A stretch of DNA of 41,420 bases from an uncultured Gammaproteobacteria bacterium (GCA_964554305.1 CAZKOE010000002.1:2034-43453); one strand, 5' to 3'. Shown: positions 9,460 to 18,537, numbered from the stretch's first letter. Made by a program: numbers and translations. Notes: generated by a model from the sequence alone, not told the origin.

Positions 9460-10269
9460 TTAGCGGGATCGGCCGGCCTCGTCAAGGTCGAAGATTTCCG
9501 CGAGCGTCTCGCCCTGTGGCAGACCGTCGGCGGTCTTGACGTTGCCCGCGGAATCCTTCCACACCATTGCCGGCGTGCCGTTGAAGCCGAAGTGCAGAAA
9601 CAGCGCGTTGTTCTCGCTGATTTTGGCCTGCAGCTTGTCCGGAATTTTGTCGAGTGGTCTTATTGCGCCGGAATGGTGGGCGAAGCCGCTTTCGTTTTTG
9701 CGCAAGGCCTTGCCGGGATCCTTGGCGGTGAGAATCGCCGCGGCCTTGCCCGGGCTGGTGCCGCCGAGTATGGCAACGATGATGTATCTGGCCTGCAGGC
9801 CCTGCTTGTAATACTTTTGTGCCTCCTTCCAGAGCATCCAGCAGTAAGGACAATTCGGGTCGATGAACATGTAGACAATGCGTTTGGGCTGCTTCGCACC
9901 TTCGGCGATCCAGTGGCGCGACTCGAGATTGTGATAGGACCGGGCGGCGCCGGGGCCGCGCTGGTAATGATGCAGGTACGCCTGCGAGAGGTCGTGCCCG
10001 TAGGCATCCACCATGGTGCCGAAGATGGCGACCGAGCCGTCCTTGGGGATGAAGAAAACGACCTGCTTGCCGCCCGGAACGGTGCCGACGTAGCCGGTGA
10101 GATGACCGGGCGTACTGAAGCGCGAATTTACCTTGAGCCCTTTCTGGGTCAGGTATTTCAGCGCGGTTGGCGGACTGGACGAGGCGGGGGCCTGCACGGG
10201 CTTTGCCAGCGCCGTGAGCGGGGGCGCGATCATGGCCACAAGCGTTGCCAGAAGCAGGATTTTCGGCAT
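9460..10269 (-). CDS. periplasmic thiol:disulfide interchange protein, DsbG/DsbC family
   Basis: Signal peptide MPKILLLATLVAMIAPPLTALA. Thioredoxin-fold active site CPYC within FIDPNCPYCWMLW. Confidence 0.8.
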   Translation of the reverse strand: MPKILLLATLVAMIAPPLTALAKPVQAPASSSPPTALKYLTQKGLKVNSRFSTPGHLTGYVGTVPGGKQVVFFIPKDGSVAIFGTMVDAYGHDLSQAYLHHYQRGPGAARSYHNLESRHWIAEGAKQPKRIVYMFIDPNCPYCWMLWKEAQKYYKQGLQARYIIVAILGGTSPGKAAAILTAKDPGKALRKNESGFAHHSGAIRPLDKIPDKLQAKISENNALFLHFGFNGTPAMVWKDSAGNVKTADGLPQGETLAEIFDLDEAGRSR

Positions 10270-10303
10270 GATGAACGGGTTCGCGGGACGGGTTGCGGGT
10301 CAT

Positions 10304-10379
10304 TGGCGCTCCCACGGGGACTCGAACCCCGGTTTTCGCCGTGAGAGGGCGACGTCCTGGGCCGCTAGACGATGGGAGC
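10304..10379 (-). tRNA. tRNA-Glu (anticodon CUC)
   Basis: The reverse complement folds as a cloverleaf. Acceptor GCTCCCA/TGGGAGC, D-stem GTCT/GGAC, anticodon stem TCGCC/GGCGA with loop CTCTCAC, T-arm CGGGG-TTCGAGT-CCCCG, discriminator G, and an encoded CCA. Confidence 0.9.
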
Positions 10380-10419
10380 GGGCGGGTCGGAAGCGGCCTT
10401 CCGCGGGCGAAATGATAAC

Positions 10420-11697
10420 ATGCTCCGGTTCCAGAATCCTAACGGAGTCGTCTTGGAAGCCCCGACGGCCGTGTCCGCGAGGGCTCTCGGACTCGCGGCC
10501 AACCGGATGGACAGGCGCGCGCTCGAGGTCGTCGATACCCTTTCCCGGGCCGGTTACGAAGCCTACGTGGTCGGCGGGGGCGTGCGCGACCTCTTGCTGG
10601 GCGTGCGGCCCAAGGATTTCGACGTTGCGACGAGCGCCGAGCCGGACGATATTCGCCGCTGTTTTCGTCGTGCAAGGCCGATCGGGCGGCGTTTCCCCAT
10701 CGTCCATGTGCTCTTCGGTCGCGACTATGTCGAAGTGACGACCTTCCGGGCGCTGGAGAGCGCGGACCGGCTGACGCACGAGTCGGGACGCATCCTCCGG
10801 GATTCGAGCTACGGCACGCTTGCCGAAGATGCAATAAGACGGGACTTCACGATCAACGCCCTTTACTACGATCCGGCCGAACAAAGGGTACTCGACTTCT
10901 GCGACGGCCTGGCCGACATCGAGTCCCGCAGGATTCGCCTGATCGGCGATCCGGCGACGCGCTATCGCGAGGATCCGGTGCGTATGCTGCGCGCCTTGCG
11001 CTTTGCCGCCAAGCTCGGCTTCGAACTCGACCCCGCGACTGCGGCGCCGATCGGCGAGCTTGCTCCCCTGCTTGCCGACATCGCGCCGGCGCGCCTGTTC
11101 GAGGAGTTCGGTAAGCTTTTCCTGGCCGGGAAGGCGCTTGCGACTTATCGGTTGCTGGTACGCCATCGCCTGTTCGGGCAACTCTTTCCGCTGACCGAGG
11201 AGGTGCGCGAGGCGGCACCCGACGCTCCCGCCGCGAGCTTCGTCGAAGCGGCGCTCGCCGATACCGACGCCCGCATCGCCGCCGGCGACTCCGCGACCGC
11301 GTCGTTTCTTTTGGCGGCCTTTCTCTGGCTTCCGGTCCGGCGCTACGCGAGCTGGCTGCACGGGACAGGCGCGGGCGAGGCGGCGGCCATGCAGCGGGCG
11401 ATGGCGGTGGTACTCGGCGAGAGCGCGCAGCGGATTGTCATCCCGCGGCGTTTCGCCGCACCCATGCGCGAGATCGTTCAGCTGCAAACGCGTTTCCGTT
11501 ACCGTCACGGCAAACGCGCGCAGCGACTGCTCCAGCATCCGCGTTTTCGCGCCGCTTTCGACTTCATGCGGCTTCGTGTCGAGGCCGGCGACGCGCCGGC
11601 CGAGCCGCTCGAATTCTGGAGCCGGGTGCAGAAAGCGGATGCCGACGGGCAGCGGCGTCTGCTGGCTTCGAACACCGGTCGGAGCCTGCGGAAATGA
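10420..11697 (+). CDS. pcnB: poly(A) polymerase I
   Basis: Nucleotidyltransferase motifs VVGGGVRDLLLG, PKDFDVAT and RRDFTINALYYD are present. ATG 10420 was chosen because the listed start at 10372 overlaps the tRNA gene. Confidence 0.85.
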   Translation: MLRFQNPNGVVLEAPTAVSARALGLAANRMDRRALEVVDTLSRAGYEAYVVGGGVRDLLLGVRPKDFDVATSAEPDDIRRCFRRARPIGRRFPIVHVLFGRDYVEVTTFRALESADRLTHESGRILRDSSYGTLAEDAIRRDFTINALYYDPAEQRVLDFCDGLADIESRRIRLIGDPATRYREDPVRMLRALRFAAKLGFELDPATAAPIGELAPLLADIAPARLFEEFGKLFLAGKALATYRLLVRHRLFGQLFPLTEEVREAAPDAPAASFVEAALADTDARIAAGDSATASFLLAAFLWLPVRRYASWLHGTGAGEAAAMQRAMAVVLGESAQRIVIPRRFAAPMREIVQLQTRFRYRHGKRAQRLLQHPRFRAAFDFMRLRVEAGDAPAEPLEFWSRVQKADADGQRRLLASNTGRSLRK

Positions 11698-12188
11698 TTG
11701 ACGCCTGGATCGGGCTTGGTGCCAATCTCGGCGACCCCGAGGCTGAACTGGCACGCGCCTTCGCGGAGTTGGGCGATTTGCGCAAGACGCGATGCGTCGC
11801 CTGCTCGCGCCTGTATCGAACGCGACCCTGGGGACCCGTGCCGCAGGCGGATTTCGTGAATGCCGTCGCGGGGTTGGAGACCGGGCTCGGCGCCGCGGCA
11901 CTGCTGGAGGAATTGCTCGCGATCGAAGCCCGGCACGGGCGCGAGCGCGCGCCCGACGAGGAGCGCTGGGGCCCGCGCATTCTCGATCTGGATTTGTTGC
12001 TTTATGGCGAGGAGACCATCGTGACCGACCGCTTGCAGGTGCCTCATCCGCGGCTGGCCGAACGCGCCTTCGTGCTGGTGCCGCTCGCGGAGCTTGCCCC
12101 CGATCTCGAAGTCCCCGGTGCGGGCCGGGTGCGTAACTTGCTCGGCCGTGTCGACCGGAGCGGCGTCGCGACGCTGGACGCGGCATGA
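11694..12188 (+). CDS. folK: 2-amino-4-hydroxy-6-hydroxymethyldihydropteridine diphosphokinase
   Basis: ATGA overlap with the pcnB stop. Motifs IGLGANLG, RWGPRILDLDLLLYG and VPHPRLAERAFVLVPLAEL are present. Confidence 0.9.
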   Translation: MIDAWIGLGANLGDPEAELARAFAELGDLRKTRCVACSRLYRTRPWGPVPQADFVNAVAGLETGLGAAALLEELLAIEARHGRERAPDEERWGPRILDLDLLLYGEETIVTDRLQVPHPRLAERAFVLVPLAELAPDLEVPGAGRVRNLLGRVDRSGVATLDAA

Positions 12189-12823
12189 AGGCGCCCGGCT
12201 ACCTCGCGGTCGAGGGGCCGATCGGGGTCGGCAAGACGAGTCTCGTCGCGCGGCTCGCCGAAACCTTCGGCGCCGAGGCGACTTACGAGGCGGCCGAGGA
12301 GAACCCGTTTCTCCCACGCTTTTACCGCGAGCCGCGCGAGGCGGCATTACCGACCCAGCTTTCCTTCCTGTTCTCGCGGGCGCGCAAGCTTGAAGCGCTG
12401 GCGCAGCCGGACATGTTCCGGCCGGCGCGGATTGCGGACTTTATTCTCGAAAAAGATTTGCTTTTCGCCGGACTCACTCTCGACGATGCCGAACTTGCGC
12501 TCTACCACGAGGTGTATCGGCGAGTGGCGCCCGCGTCGCCTTCGCCCGATCTCGTGATTTACCTGCAGGCCCCGACCGAAGTGCTGTTGAAGCGGATTGC
12601 CGCGCGCGGGCGCGATTACGAGCGGCCGATCGCGCGCGATTACCTCGAGCGGGTTGCGGACGCCTACATGCGGTTCTTCCATCACTACGAGCGCTCGCGG
12701 CTCCTGATCGTGAATGCCGCAACGGTGGATCTCGTGCACGACGATCGGGACTACAATCGTCTCGTGACGGAAATATGCAATGGGCGCGGAGCCCGCGCGT
12801 ACTTCAATCCGGAGGCGTTGTAA
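12185..12823 (+). CDS. deoxynucleoside kinase family protein
   Basis: ATGA overlap with the folK stop. P-loop EGPIGVGKTS and ENPFLPRFY are typical of the dNK family. About 212 aa. Confidence 0.75.
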   Translation: MKAPGYLAVEGPIGVGKTSLVARLAETFGAEATYEAAEENPFLPRFYREPREAALPTQLSFLFSRARKLEALAQPDMFRPARIADFILEKDLLFAGLTLDDAELALYHEVYRRVAPASPSPDLVIYLQAPTEVLLKRIAARGRDYERPIARDYLERVADAYMRFFHHYERSRLLIVNAATVDLVHDDRDYNRLVTEICNGRGARAYFNPEAL

Positions 12824-13647
12824 TGACCTACGGGGGAAGCGAGTTCAGGAACCGGCAGGTCGGCGTTGCGACGCTCGCGAAAATGCGTGCGGCGGGCGAA
12901 CCGATCGCCTGTCTCACCGCCTACGATGCGAGCTTTGCGCGCCTGGTGGACGCGGCCGGCACCGATCTGGTACTCGTCGGCGATACGCTCGGGATGGTCG
13001 TGCAGGGCCGGGCGAGCACGGTGCCGGTGACGATGGATGACATGGTTTATCACACGCGCCTGGTCGCGCGCGGCATCGACCGTGCGCTGCTCGTCGCCGA
13101 CATGCCCTTTTTGAGCTATGTAGACGTTCCGACGGCGGTACGCAACGCCGGACGGCTGATGCAGGAAGGCGGTGCGCGCATGATCAAGCTCGAAGGCACG
13201 GGCGATCAGGCTGCGATCGTCGCGGCGCTCGCCGCGAACGGGATCCCGGTCTGCGCGCATCTGGGGCTGCGCCCGCAGGCCGTGGAGAAAATCGGGGGAT
13301 TCCGGTTGCAGGGACGCAGGCCGGAAGAGGCCGAACGCATTCTCGCCGACGCCCGTGAACTGGAAGCGGCCGGCGCGGACATTGTTCTTCTCGAATGCAT
13401 TCCACGCACGCTCGCCAAGCGCATCCACGAGGCGCTTTCGGTGCCCGTCATCGGCATCGGTGCCGGCGCCGACGTGGACGGCCAGATTCTCGTGCTCTAC
13501 GATATCCTCGACATCACCGTCGGACACAAACCGCGGTTTGCGAAAAATTACATGTCCGGCGCCGGGAGCGTGCAGGCCGCGCTTACCGCCTATGTGGCCG
13601 AAGTAAAAGATCGGCGCTATCCCGCACCCGAACACGGCTTTGATTAG
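12823..13647 (+). CDS. panB: 3-methyl-2-oxobutanoate hydroxymethyltransferase
   Basis: TAATG overlap with the dNK stop, with GGAGG at 12811. Motifs LTAYDASFA and LVGDTLGMVVQG are present. Confidence 0.9.
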   Translation: MTYGGSEFRNRQVGVATLAKMRAAGEPIACLTAYDASFARLVDAAGTDLVLVGDTLGMVVQGRASTVPVTMDDMVYHTRLVARGIDRALLVADMPFLSYVDVPTAVRNAGRLMQEGGARMIKLEGTGDQAAIVAALAANGIPVCAHLGLRPQAVEKIGGFRLQGRRPEEAERILADARELEAAGADIVLLECIPRTLAKRIHEALSVPVIGIGAGADVDGQILVLYDILDITVGHKPRFAKNYMSGAGSVQAALTAYVAEVKDRRYPAPEHGFD

Positions 13648-13659
13648 CGCAGAATTTTT

Positions 13660-13890
13660 TTACCGCCGAGAACGCAGAGCGCGCAGAGATTGTTTTTCTG
13701 GATTGGAACTCGATTGCTGTATGTTGACCTGTTCTACATGAAAGAAAATGACGACCCGCATACTTCGAAGGCATTTTACGTAGGCAGGAATAAGCGGGGC
13801 GTTTCCGGCGTCTTTGCCGGCAACGAGCCTCGGTCTTATGCCGGCCTGCGTGACCGCATACTCTGCGCGCTCAGCGTTCTCTGCGGTGAA
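13660..13890. repeat. MITE-like element with about 29-bp terminal inverted repeats in the panB-panC spacer
   Basis: Left arm ttaccgccgagaacgcagagcgcgcagag (13660-13688). The reverse complement of 13861-13890 is ttcaccgcagagaacgctgagcgcgcagag, so the 21-nt core has one mismatch. The interior of about 170 bp is AT-richer and non-palindromic. Confidence 0.55.
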
Positions 13891-13921
13891 ACCTTTATTT
13901 CCTGGCGATGAAGTAATCTGC

Positions 13922-14776
13922 ATGAAGGAAGGCGACGATATCCTCGTTTTGAGGCGGGTATCCGAGTTGCGTAGTTGGCGTTTGGCGCGCGGTCGGAGAT
14001 CCCTGGCGCTCGTGCCGACCATGGGCAGCCTGCATGCCGGTCATGCGGCCTTGATCGAGGCTGCGCGCACCGTGGCCGGCCGCGTGCTGGTTTCAATTTT
14101 CGTCAACCCCACGCAGTTTGCGCCCGACGAAGATTTTGCGAATTACCCGCGCACGCTCGAGCGCGACCTCGAACTTGCCCGCGACTGCGGCGCCGATGCC
14201 GTGTTCGCCCCTGCGGCGGAAGAGATGTACCCATTGGGGGCAGAGCGGGCGACGGCGGTGGAAGTGCCAGCGTTCTCCGATCTGCTGGAAGGCGCTTCGC
14301 GTCCGGGTCACTTCCGTGGCGTGGCAAGCGTGGTCGCACGCCTGTTCAACCTTGCCCTGCCGGATGTCGCCGTCTTTGGCGAGAAGGATTATCAGCAGCT
14401 TCTGGTGATCCGGCGCATGGCGGCGGAGCTTTTCCTTCCGGTCGAAATCGTTGGCGTGCCGACCGTGCGCGCGGCCGACGGGCTCGCGCTGTCATCGCGC
14501 AACGGTTATCTGACGTCGGAGGAGCGCCGGCGCGCACCGGCGCTTTATCGTGCTCTTGCGGCCGGGGTGGAAGCGCTTGCTGGCGGCGTGCGTGCGGCTG
14601 AGGTCGAACTGGCGGGTGCGGCGGAGCTGGTTGCCGGGGGGTTCAAGGTCGAATACTTCGCGGTGCGCGATGCGCAGACGCTCGGCGCGCCCGTGCGGGC
14701 GCGCGAGCGGATCATTCTTGCCGCCGCTCGCCTCGGCGGAACCCGCCTGATAGATAACCTGCGTCTGCCGGGTTAA
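13922..14776 (+). CDS. panC: pantoate--beta-alanine ligase
   Basis: LVPTMGSLHAGHAAL (HxGH class-I-like motif). The ATG 13922 start gives a typical length of about 284 aa. The longer listed start at 13814 runs through the repeat element. Confidence 0.9.
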   Translation: MKEGDDILVLRRVSELRSWRLARGRRSLALVPTMGSLHAGHAALIEAARTVAGRVLVSIFVNPTQFAPDEDFANYPRTLERDLELARDCGADAVFAPAAEEMYPLGAERATAVEVPAFSDLLEGASRPGHFRGVASVVARLFNLALPDVAVFGEKDYQQLLVIRRMAAELFLPVEIVGVPTVRAADGLALSSRNGYLTSEERRRAPALYRALAAGVEALAGGVRAAEVELAGAAELVAGGFKVEYFAVRDAQTLGAPVRARERIILAAARLGGTRLIDNLRLPG

Positions 14777-14855
14777 AATGGGCCATCCTTGTTAATGCGA
14801 TTCGCCGTTTCGGCCGTTGCTTTGGCGACCGGCGCGGCAAGGGGAGACGACAGCT

Positions 14856-15233
14856 TTGCAACTGACGATACTCAAGGCGAAATTGCACCGGGCGGCGATT
14901 ACGGCGTCCGACCTTGATTATGAGGGTTCCTGCGCGATCGACGCCGATTTGCTTGCGCGCGCGGGCATTCTTGAATACGAGCAGATTCAGCTTTACAACG
15001 TCACCAACGGCGAGCGGCTGACGACCTACGCCATCGGAGCGCCGGCCGGTTCGCACGAAATTTGCGCCAACGGCGCCGCCGCCCATCGCATGCACGTCGG
15101 TGACCGCGTCATCATCTGCAGTTACGCCGCGATGGAGGCCGAGGCCGCAGCGCGATTCAAGCCGCGGATTCTGTTACTCGACGAAAACAACCGGATTCAG
15201 TCCGAACGCGGCGCCGTCGCCCGCGTTGCCTGA
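14856..15233 (+). CDS. panD: aspartate 1-decarboxylase proenzyme
   Basis: LKAKLHRAAITASDLDYEGSCAID contains the Gly-Ser self-cleavage site. TTG 14856 is preceded by GGGGAGA and gives about 125 aa. The start is uncertain; the listed start is 14817. Confidence 0.85.
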   Translation: MQLTILKAKLHRAAITASDLDYEGSCAIDADLLARAGILEYEQIQLYNVTNGERLTTYAIGAPAGSHEICANGAAAHRMHVGDRVIICSYAAMEAEAAARFKPRILLLDENNRIQSERGAVARVA

Positions 15234-15248
15234 CGCCGGTTCTCGAAT

Positions 15249-16583
15249 ATGCCGCTTTTTTCCGAACTCAGCGAACATCTGGGCGGGGCGGTCAGCCGCC
15301 TGACCGGACGCGGGCGCATCACCGAGGCAAATATCGAGGAGACCCTGCACGAGTTGCGCGTCGCGCTCCTCGATGCCGATGTCGCGCTCCCCGTCGTTAA
15401 ACGTTTTCTCGATGCGGTCAAGGCCAGAGCGCTTGGAGCCGAAGTCGCAAAGAGTCTTACGCCGGGCCAGGCCTTCGTCGGAATCGTCCACGACGAACTT
15501 GCCGCCCTGTTCGCAAGCGGCGACAACGAATTGAATCTCCGGGTGCGCCCGCCGGCCGTGGTCCTGCTCGCCGGCCTTCAAGGCACCGGCAAGACGACCA
15601 CGGCGGCCAAACTTGCGGCGCGCCTCAAGCGTGCGAAGAAGCGCGTGCTGCTCGTCTCCACCGATACGGCGCGCCCGGCGGCGATCGAGCAGCTTGAGAC
15701 CCTGGCCGGCGAGGTTGGCGTCGGCTTCGTCCCGGCGGCGGGCGAAAAGCCGGCGGCGATTGCCGAGCGCGCCCTGGCGCGCGCGCGCTCCGAACTCGCC
15801 GACGTGCTGATCGTGGATACGGCGGGCCGTCTGCACGTGGACTCGGAACTGATGAACGAGGTTCGCGCGCTCGTGGAGCGATTGCAGCCCGCGGAGACGC
15901 TCTTCGTCGCCGATGCCATGACCGGCCAGGATGCCGTGCGCTCGGCGGCGGCCTTCGGGGAAACGCTGCCGTTGACCGGCGTGATCTTGACCAAGGCGGA
16001 CGGCGATGCGCGCGGCGGCGCCGCGCTGTCGGTGGCCGAGGTGACTGGCAGGCCGATCAAGTTCGTCGGCGTCGGCGAAAAGCTCGATGCGCTCGAAGCC
16101 TTCGATCCCAGGCGCATGGCCGGGCGCATTCTCGGCATGGGCGACGTGGTTGGACTCGCCGAAGCTGCCGCGGAGAAGGCGGACCAGTCCGAGGCGCAGA
16201 AGCTCGTCAAGAAGCTCGGCAAGGGCGGCAAGGGCTTCGATCTCGACGATTTCCGCGTCCAGATCGAGCAGATGTTCAAGATGGGTGGGGCGCAGGCTTT
16301 GCTCGAAAAACTCCCGGGGGCGGCGAAAATGCGTGCCGCGGCGGCTGCAGGACTCGACGACCGCGTCCTGAGCCACCAGATCGCCATCATCCGTTCCATG
16401 ACGCCGCGCGAGCGCCATCACCCGGCGCTGATCGACGGTTCGCGCCGCCGGCGCATCGCCGCCGGTTCCGGGACGGAGATTCAGGATGTGAACCGCCTTC
16501 TGCGCCAGTTCCAGCAGGCGCGCAAGATGATGAAAAAATTCAAGAAGGGCGGCATGCGGGGCGCGCTGTCCGGCCTGCGTTAA
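15249..16583 (+). CDS. ffh: signal recognition particle protein Ffh
   Basis: GTPase motifs GLQGTGKTTT, DTAGRL and TKADGDARGG are present, followed by a Met-rich M domain. Confidence 0.95.
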   Translation: MPLFSELSEHLGGAVSRLTGRGRITEANIEETLHELRVALLDADVALPVVKRFLDAVKARALGAEVAKSLTPGQAFVGIVHDELAALFASGDNELNLRVRPPAVVLLAGLQGTGKTTTAAKLAARLKRAKKRVLLVSTDTARPAAIEQLETLAGEVGVGFVPAAGEKPAAIAERALARARSELADVLIVDTAGRLHVDSELMNEVRALVERLQPAETLFVADAMTGQDAVRSAAAFGETLPLTGVILTKADGDARGGAALSVAEVTGRPIKFVGVGEKLDALEAFDPRRMAGRILGMGDVVGLAEAAAEKADQSEAQKLVKKLGKGGKGFDLDDFRVQIEQMFKMGGAQALLEKLPGAAKMRAAAAAGLDDRVLSHQIAIIRSMTPRERHHPALIDGSRRRRIAAGSGTEIQDVNRLLRQFQQARKMMKKFKKGGMRGALSGLR

Positions 16584-16616
16584 CAGCGTACGAAATTCGT
16601 TTTGCCGGAAAAGAAA

Positions 16617-16638
16617 GCCCCGCGCGACTGCGCGGGGC
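16617..16638 (-). terminator. Rho-independent terminator, minus-strand orientation
   Basis: Perfect 9-bp stem GCCCCGCGC / GCGCGGGGC with loop GACT. On the minus strand it is followed by TTTCTTTTCC. It lies between the convergent ffh and orphan genes. Confidence 0.6.
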
Positions 16639-16674
16639 GACTCAATGAATAAACGGCAAGAGCGTTAATTCGTC

Positions 16675-17193
16675 CTAATTATAGATGGGAGTAACTTTGC
16701 CGCCGGGTCCAGCCACAAAAATTGCTATGACGTTACCATTGTCATCCGTGATGGTAACGATTGTTGTGCCATCGGGACCCGGCGTCCTGTGCGCACGGCA
16801 ACCATTGTCGCATTTATAGTTTGGCGTTACTCCCTGTTCGGCGTTTGACTGATTGTTCCTCATCTTGGTTCGCATCGGAGGATTACTCCAGAGAAACACA
16901 GCTTGATCCTTGTTTGTAACAGCAAACATAATTTGTTGGCCAGAATGTGAGGATGTCAGTACGTAGTCCCAAACACCTGGAGAGACCTCCGCGCGCTTGA
17001 GGTCAAGGCCGGCGGCTTGCCAATCGGAGCTTGTTTGTACCGGCACAAACTGCAGCGTGGTGCTGTTGGGCTGCCTGGCCTGTTCTTGTGTGGCACCCGG
17101 ATGCATTGCAGCCGCATAGCTGATAGGCGCAGCCAATCCCAAGCTTGCAAGCAACAAAGCAGCGGATAGGTAAGCGGATAGGCAAATTTTCAT
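16675..17193 (-). CDS. hypothetical secreted protein (no family recognised)
   Basis: GGAGAT lies before ATG 17193. Signal peptide MKICLSAYLSAALLLASLGLAAPISYA. The ORF and its flanks are visibly AT-richer than their surroundings. No motif was recognised. Confidence 0.6.
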   Translation of the reverse strand: MKICLSAYLSAALLLASLGLAAPISYAAAMHPGATQEQARQPNSTTLQFVPVQTSSDWQAAGLDLKRAEVSPGVWDYVLTSSHSGQQIMFAVTNKDQAVFLWSNPPMRTKMRNNQSNAEQGVTPNYKCDNGCRAHRTPGPDGTTIVTITDDNGNVIAIFVAGPGGKVTPIYN

Positions 17194-17440
17194 CACGATA
17201 TCTCCATAATGCGCTTTGCAAGTGGTCACTTCCTCTCAAGAAGCAATCCCAGTGTAACCCCCCCGAAAAGTCAATCGCTGATGAGACCGCCGCAAGCCCC
17301 GCCCCCCAGCAAACATCCGATGACTAGCGGTCAAGGTCCTCGCTAGACTGCGGAGCCGCCGCCAGATCTGGCAGACGCGAGGGATTTTCGCGTACAATAC
17401 CCCGTTCTGTTCAAGAGAACGGCGCGGAGCAGCGCGAAAA

Positions 17441-18004
17441 ATGGTAACGATTCGACTGGCTCGTGGCGGCGCGAAAAAGCGGCCCTTCTATCACATCGTG
17501 GTGACCGACAGCCGCCGTGCCCGCGACGGCCGCTTCATTGAGCGCCTGGGCTATTTCAATCCCATCGCGACCGGCAAGGAGCGTCGGCTTTCCCTGGATA
17601 CCGAGCGCGCCTCCTGGTGGATCGGCCGCGGCGCGCAACCGTCCGCCCGGGTTGCTTCGCTGATCGGCGAAGCCGGGCGGGCGCCGAGCGAAGAGGCTGC
17701 GCCGGAACCGGCAGCGGCGGATGCGGCAGCCGAGGGCGAGGTCAAAACCGAGCTTAAAGCGGCGGCCGGCGCAACGACTGAACCGAAGGCGGAAACCGAA
17801 GCCGGGGCCGGGCAGGTCGAGCCGGGTGATGCCAAGGCCGATGTGGCCGCGGAAGCGCCTGAAGAGCCGGCGGAGGAATCGCCTGAGGCAAAAGCCGAGT
17901 CTGCCGAGTCTGAGGTCAAGGCCGAGGGTGAGCCTGCGGTGGAATCGCCGGTGGCGGAGGAGAGCGCAGAGGCTTCGAGCAGCGAGGCCGACGCCCGGAA
18001 GTAA
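17441..18004 (+). CDS. rpsP: 30S ribosomal protein S16 with a long Ala/Glu/Pro-rich C-terminal extension
   Basis: The core [41 protein letters not shown] is canonical S16. It is followed by about 100 low-complexity residues. Confidence 0.9.
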   Translation: MVTIRLARGGAKKRPFYHIVVTDSRRARDGRFIERLGYFNPIATGKERRLSLDTERASWWIGRGAQPSARVASLIGEAGRAPSEEAAPEPAAADAAAEGEVKTELKAAAGATTEPKAETEAGAGQVEPGDAKADVAAEAPEEPAEESPEAKAESAESEVKAEGEPAVESPVAEESAEASSSEADARK

Positions 18005-18523
18005 ATGCCGGAGCAGGGCGCTCCGCGCGCGACTTGGGTCACGCTGGGGCGCGTTGCCGGGATGTATGGCGTGCGTGGCTGGTTGCGGATTCATTCGCAT
18101 ACCGATCCGCGTGGCGGCATCCTCGATTATCCGCGCTGGTGGCTCGGGGCGGACGAGGAGCGTCGCGAGTACGGGTTGATTGAAGGTCGGACGCACGGTC
18201 ACGGCGTCGTGGCACGGCTTGACGGGATCGAGGATCGCGATCGGGCGCGCGAGTTGCTCGGCGCTGAAATTGCGGTGCCGCGCGAGGCGCTCGCACCGAC
18301 CGATGGCTTTTACTGGGCCGATCTGATCGGCCTGGCGGTCGAGAACCGCGATGGCGTGACGCTGGGCCGGGTGAGCGGCTCGATCGAGACCGGCGGCCAC
18401 GACGTCATGGTGGTGAGCGACGGCGCGCGCGAACGATTGATCCCTTGGGCGCCGGGGGTGTATGTGGACAAGGTTCTGATCGCCGAAGGCCGGCTGATCG
18501 TGGACTGGAATCCCGAGGACTGA
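18005..18523 (+). CDS. rimM: ribosome maturation factor RimM
   Basis: TAAATG junction with rpsP. GRVAGMYGVRGWLRI and a C-terminal PRC-barrel region are present, and the gene sits in the canonical operon position. Confidence 0.9.
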   Translation: MPEQGAPRATWVTLGRVAGMYGVRGWLRIHSHTDPRGGILDYPRWWLGADEERREYGLIEGRTHGHGVVARLDGIEDRDRARELLGAEIAVPREALAPTDGFYWADLIGLAVENRDGVTLGRVSGSIETGGHDVMVVSDGARERLIPWAPGVYVDKVLIAEGRLIVDWNPED

Positions 18524-18537
18524 ATCGGGGGAAGAAC

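Noticed and set aside
10372-10419. Longer pcnB start at 10372
   Set aside because: It would overlap the 5' end of the minus-strand tRNA-Glu gene (10304-10379). ATG 10420 is the first start clear of it.
10300-12186. 628-aa ORF on the minus strand spanning tRNA-Glu, pcnB and folK
   Set aside because: It is antisense to two genes with strong family motifs and runs through a tRNA. The composition is dominated by Arg, Pro and Ala. It is a GC-rich artefact.
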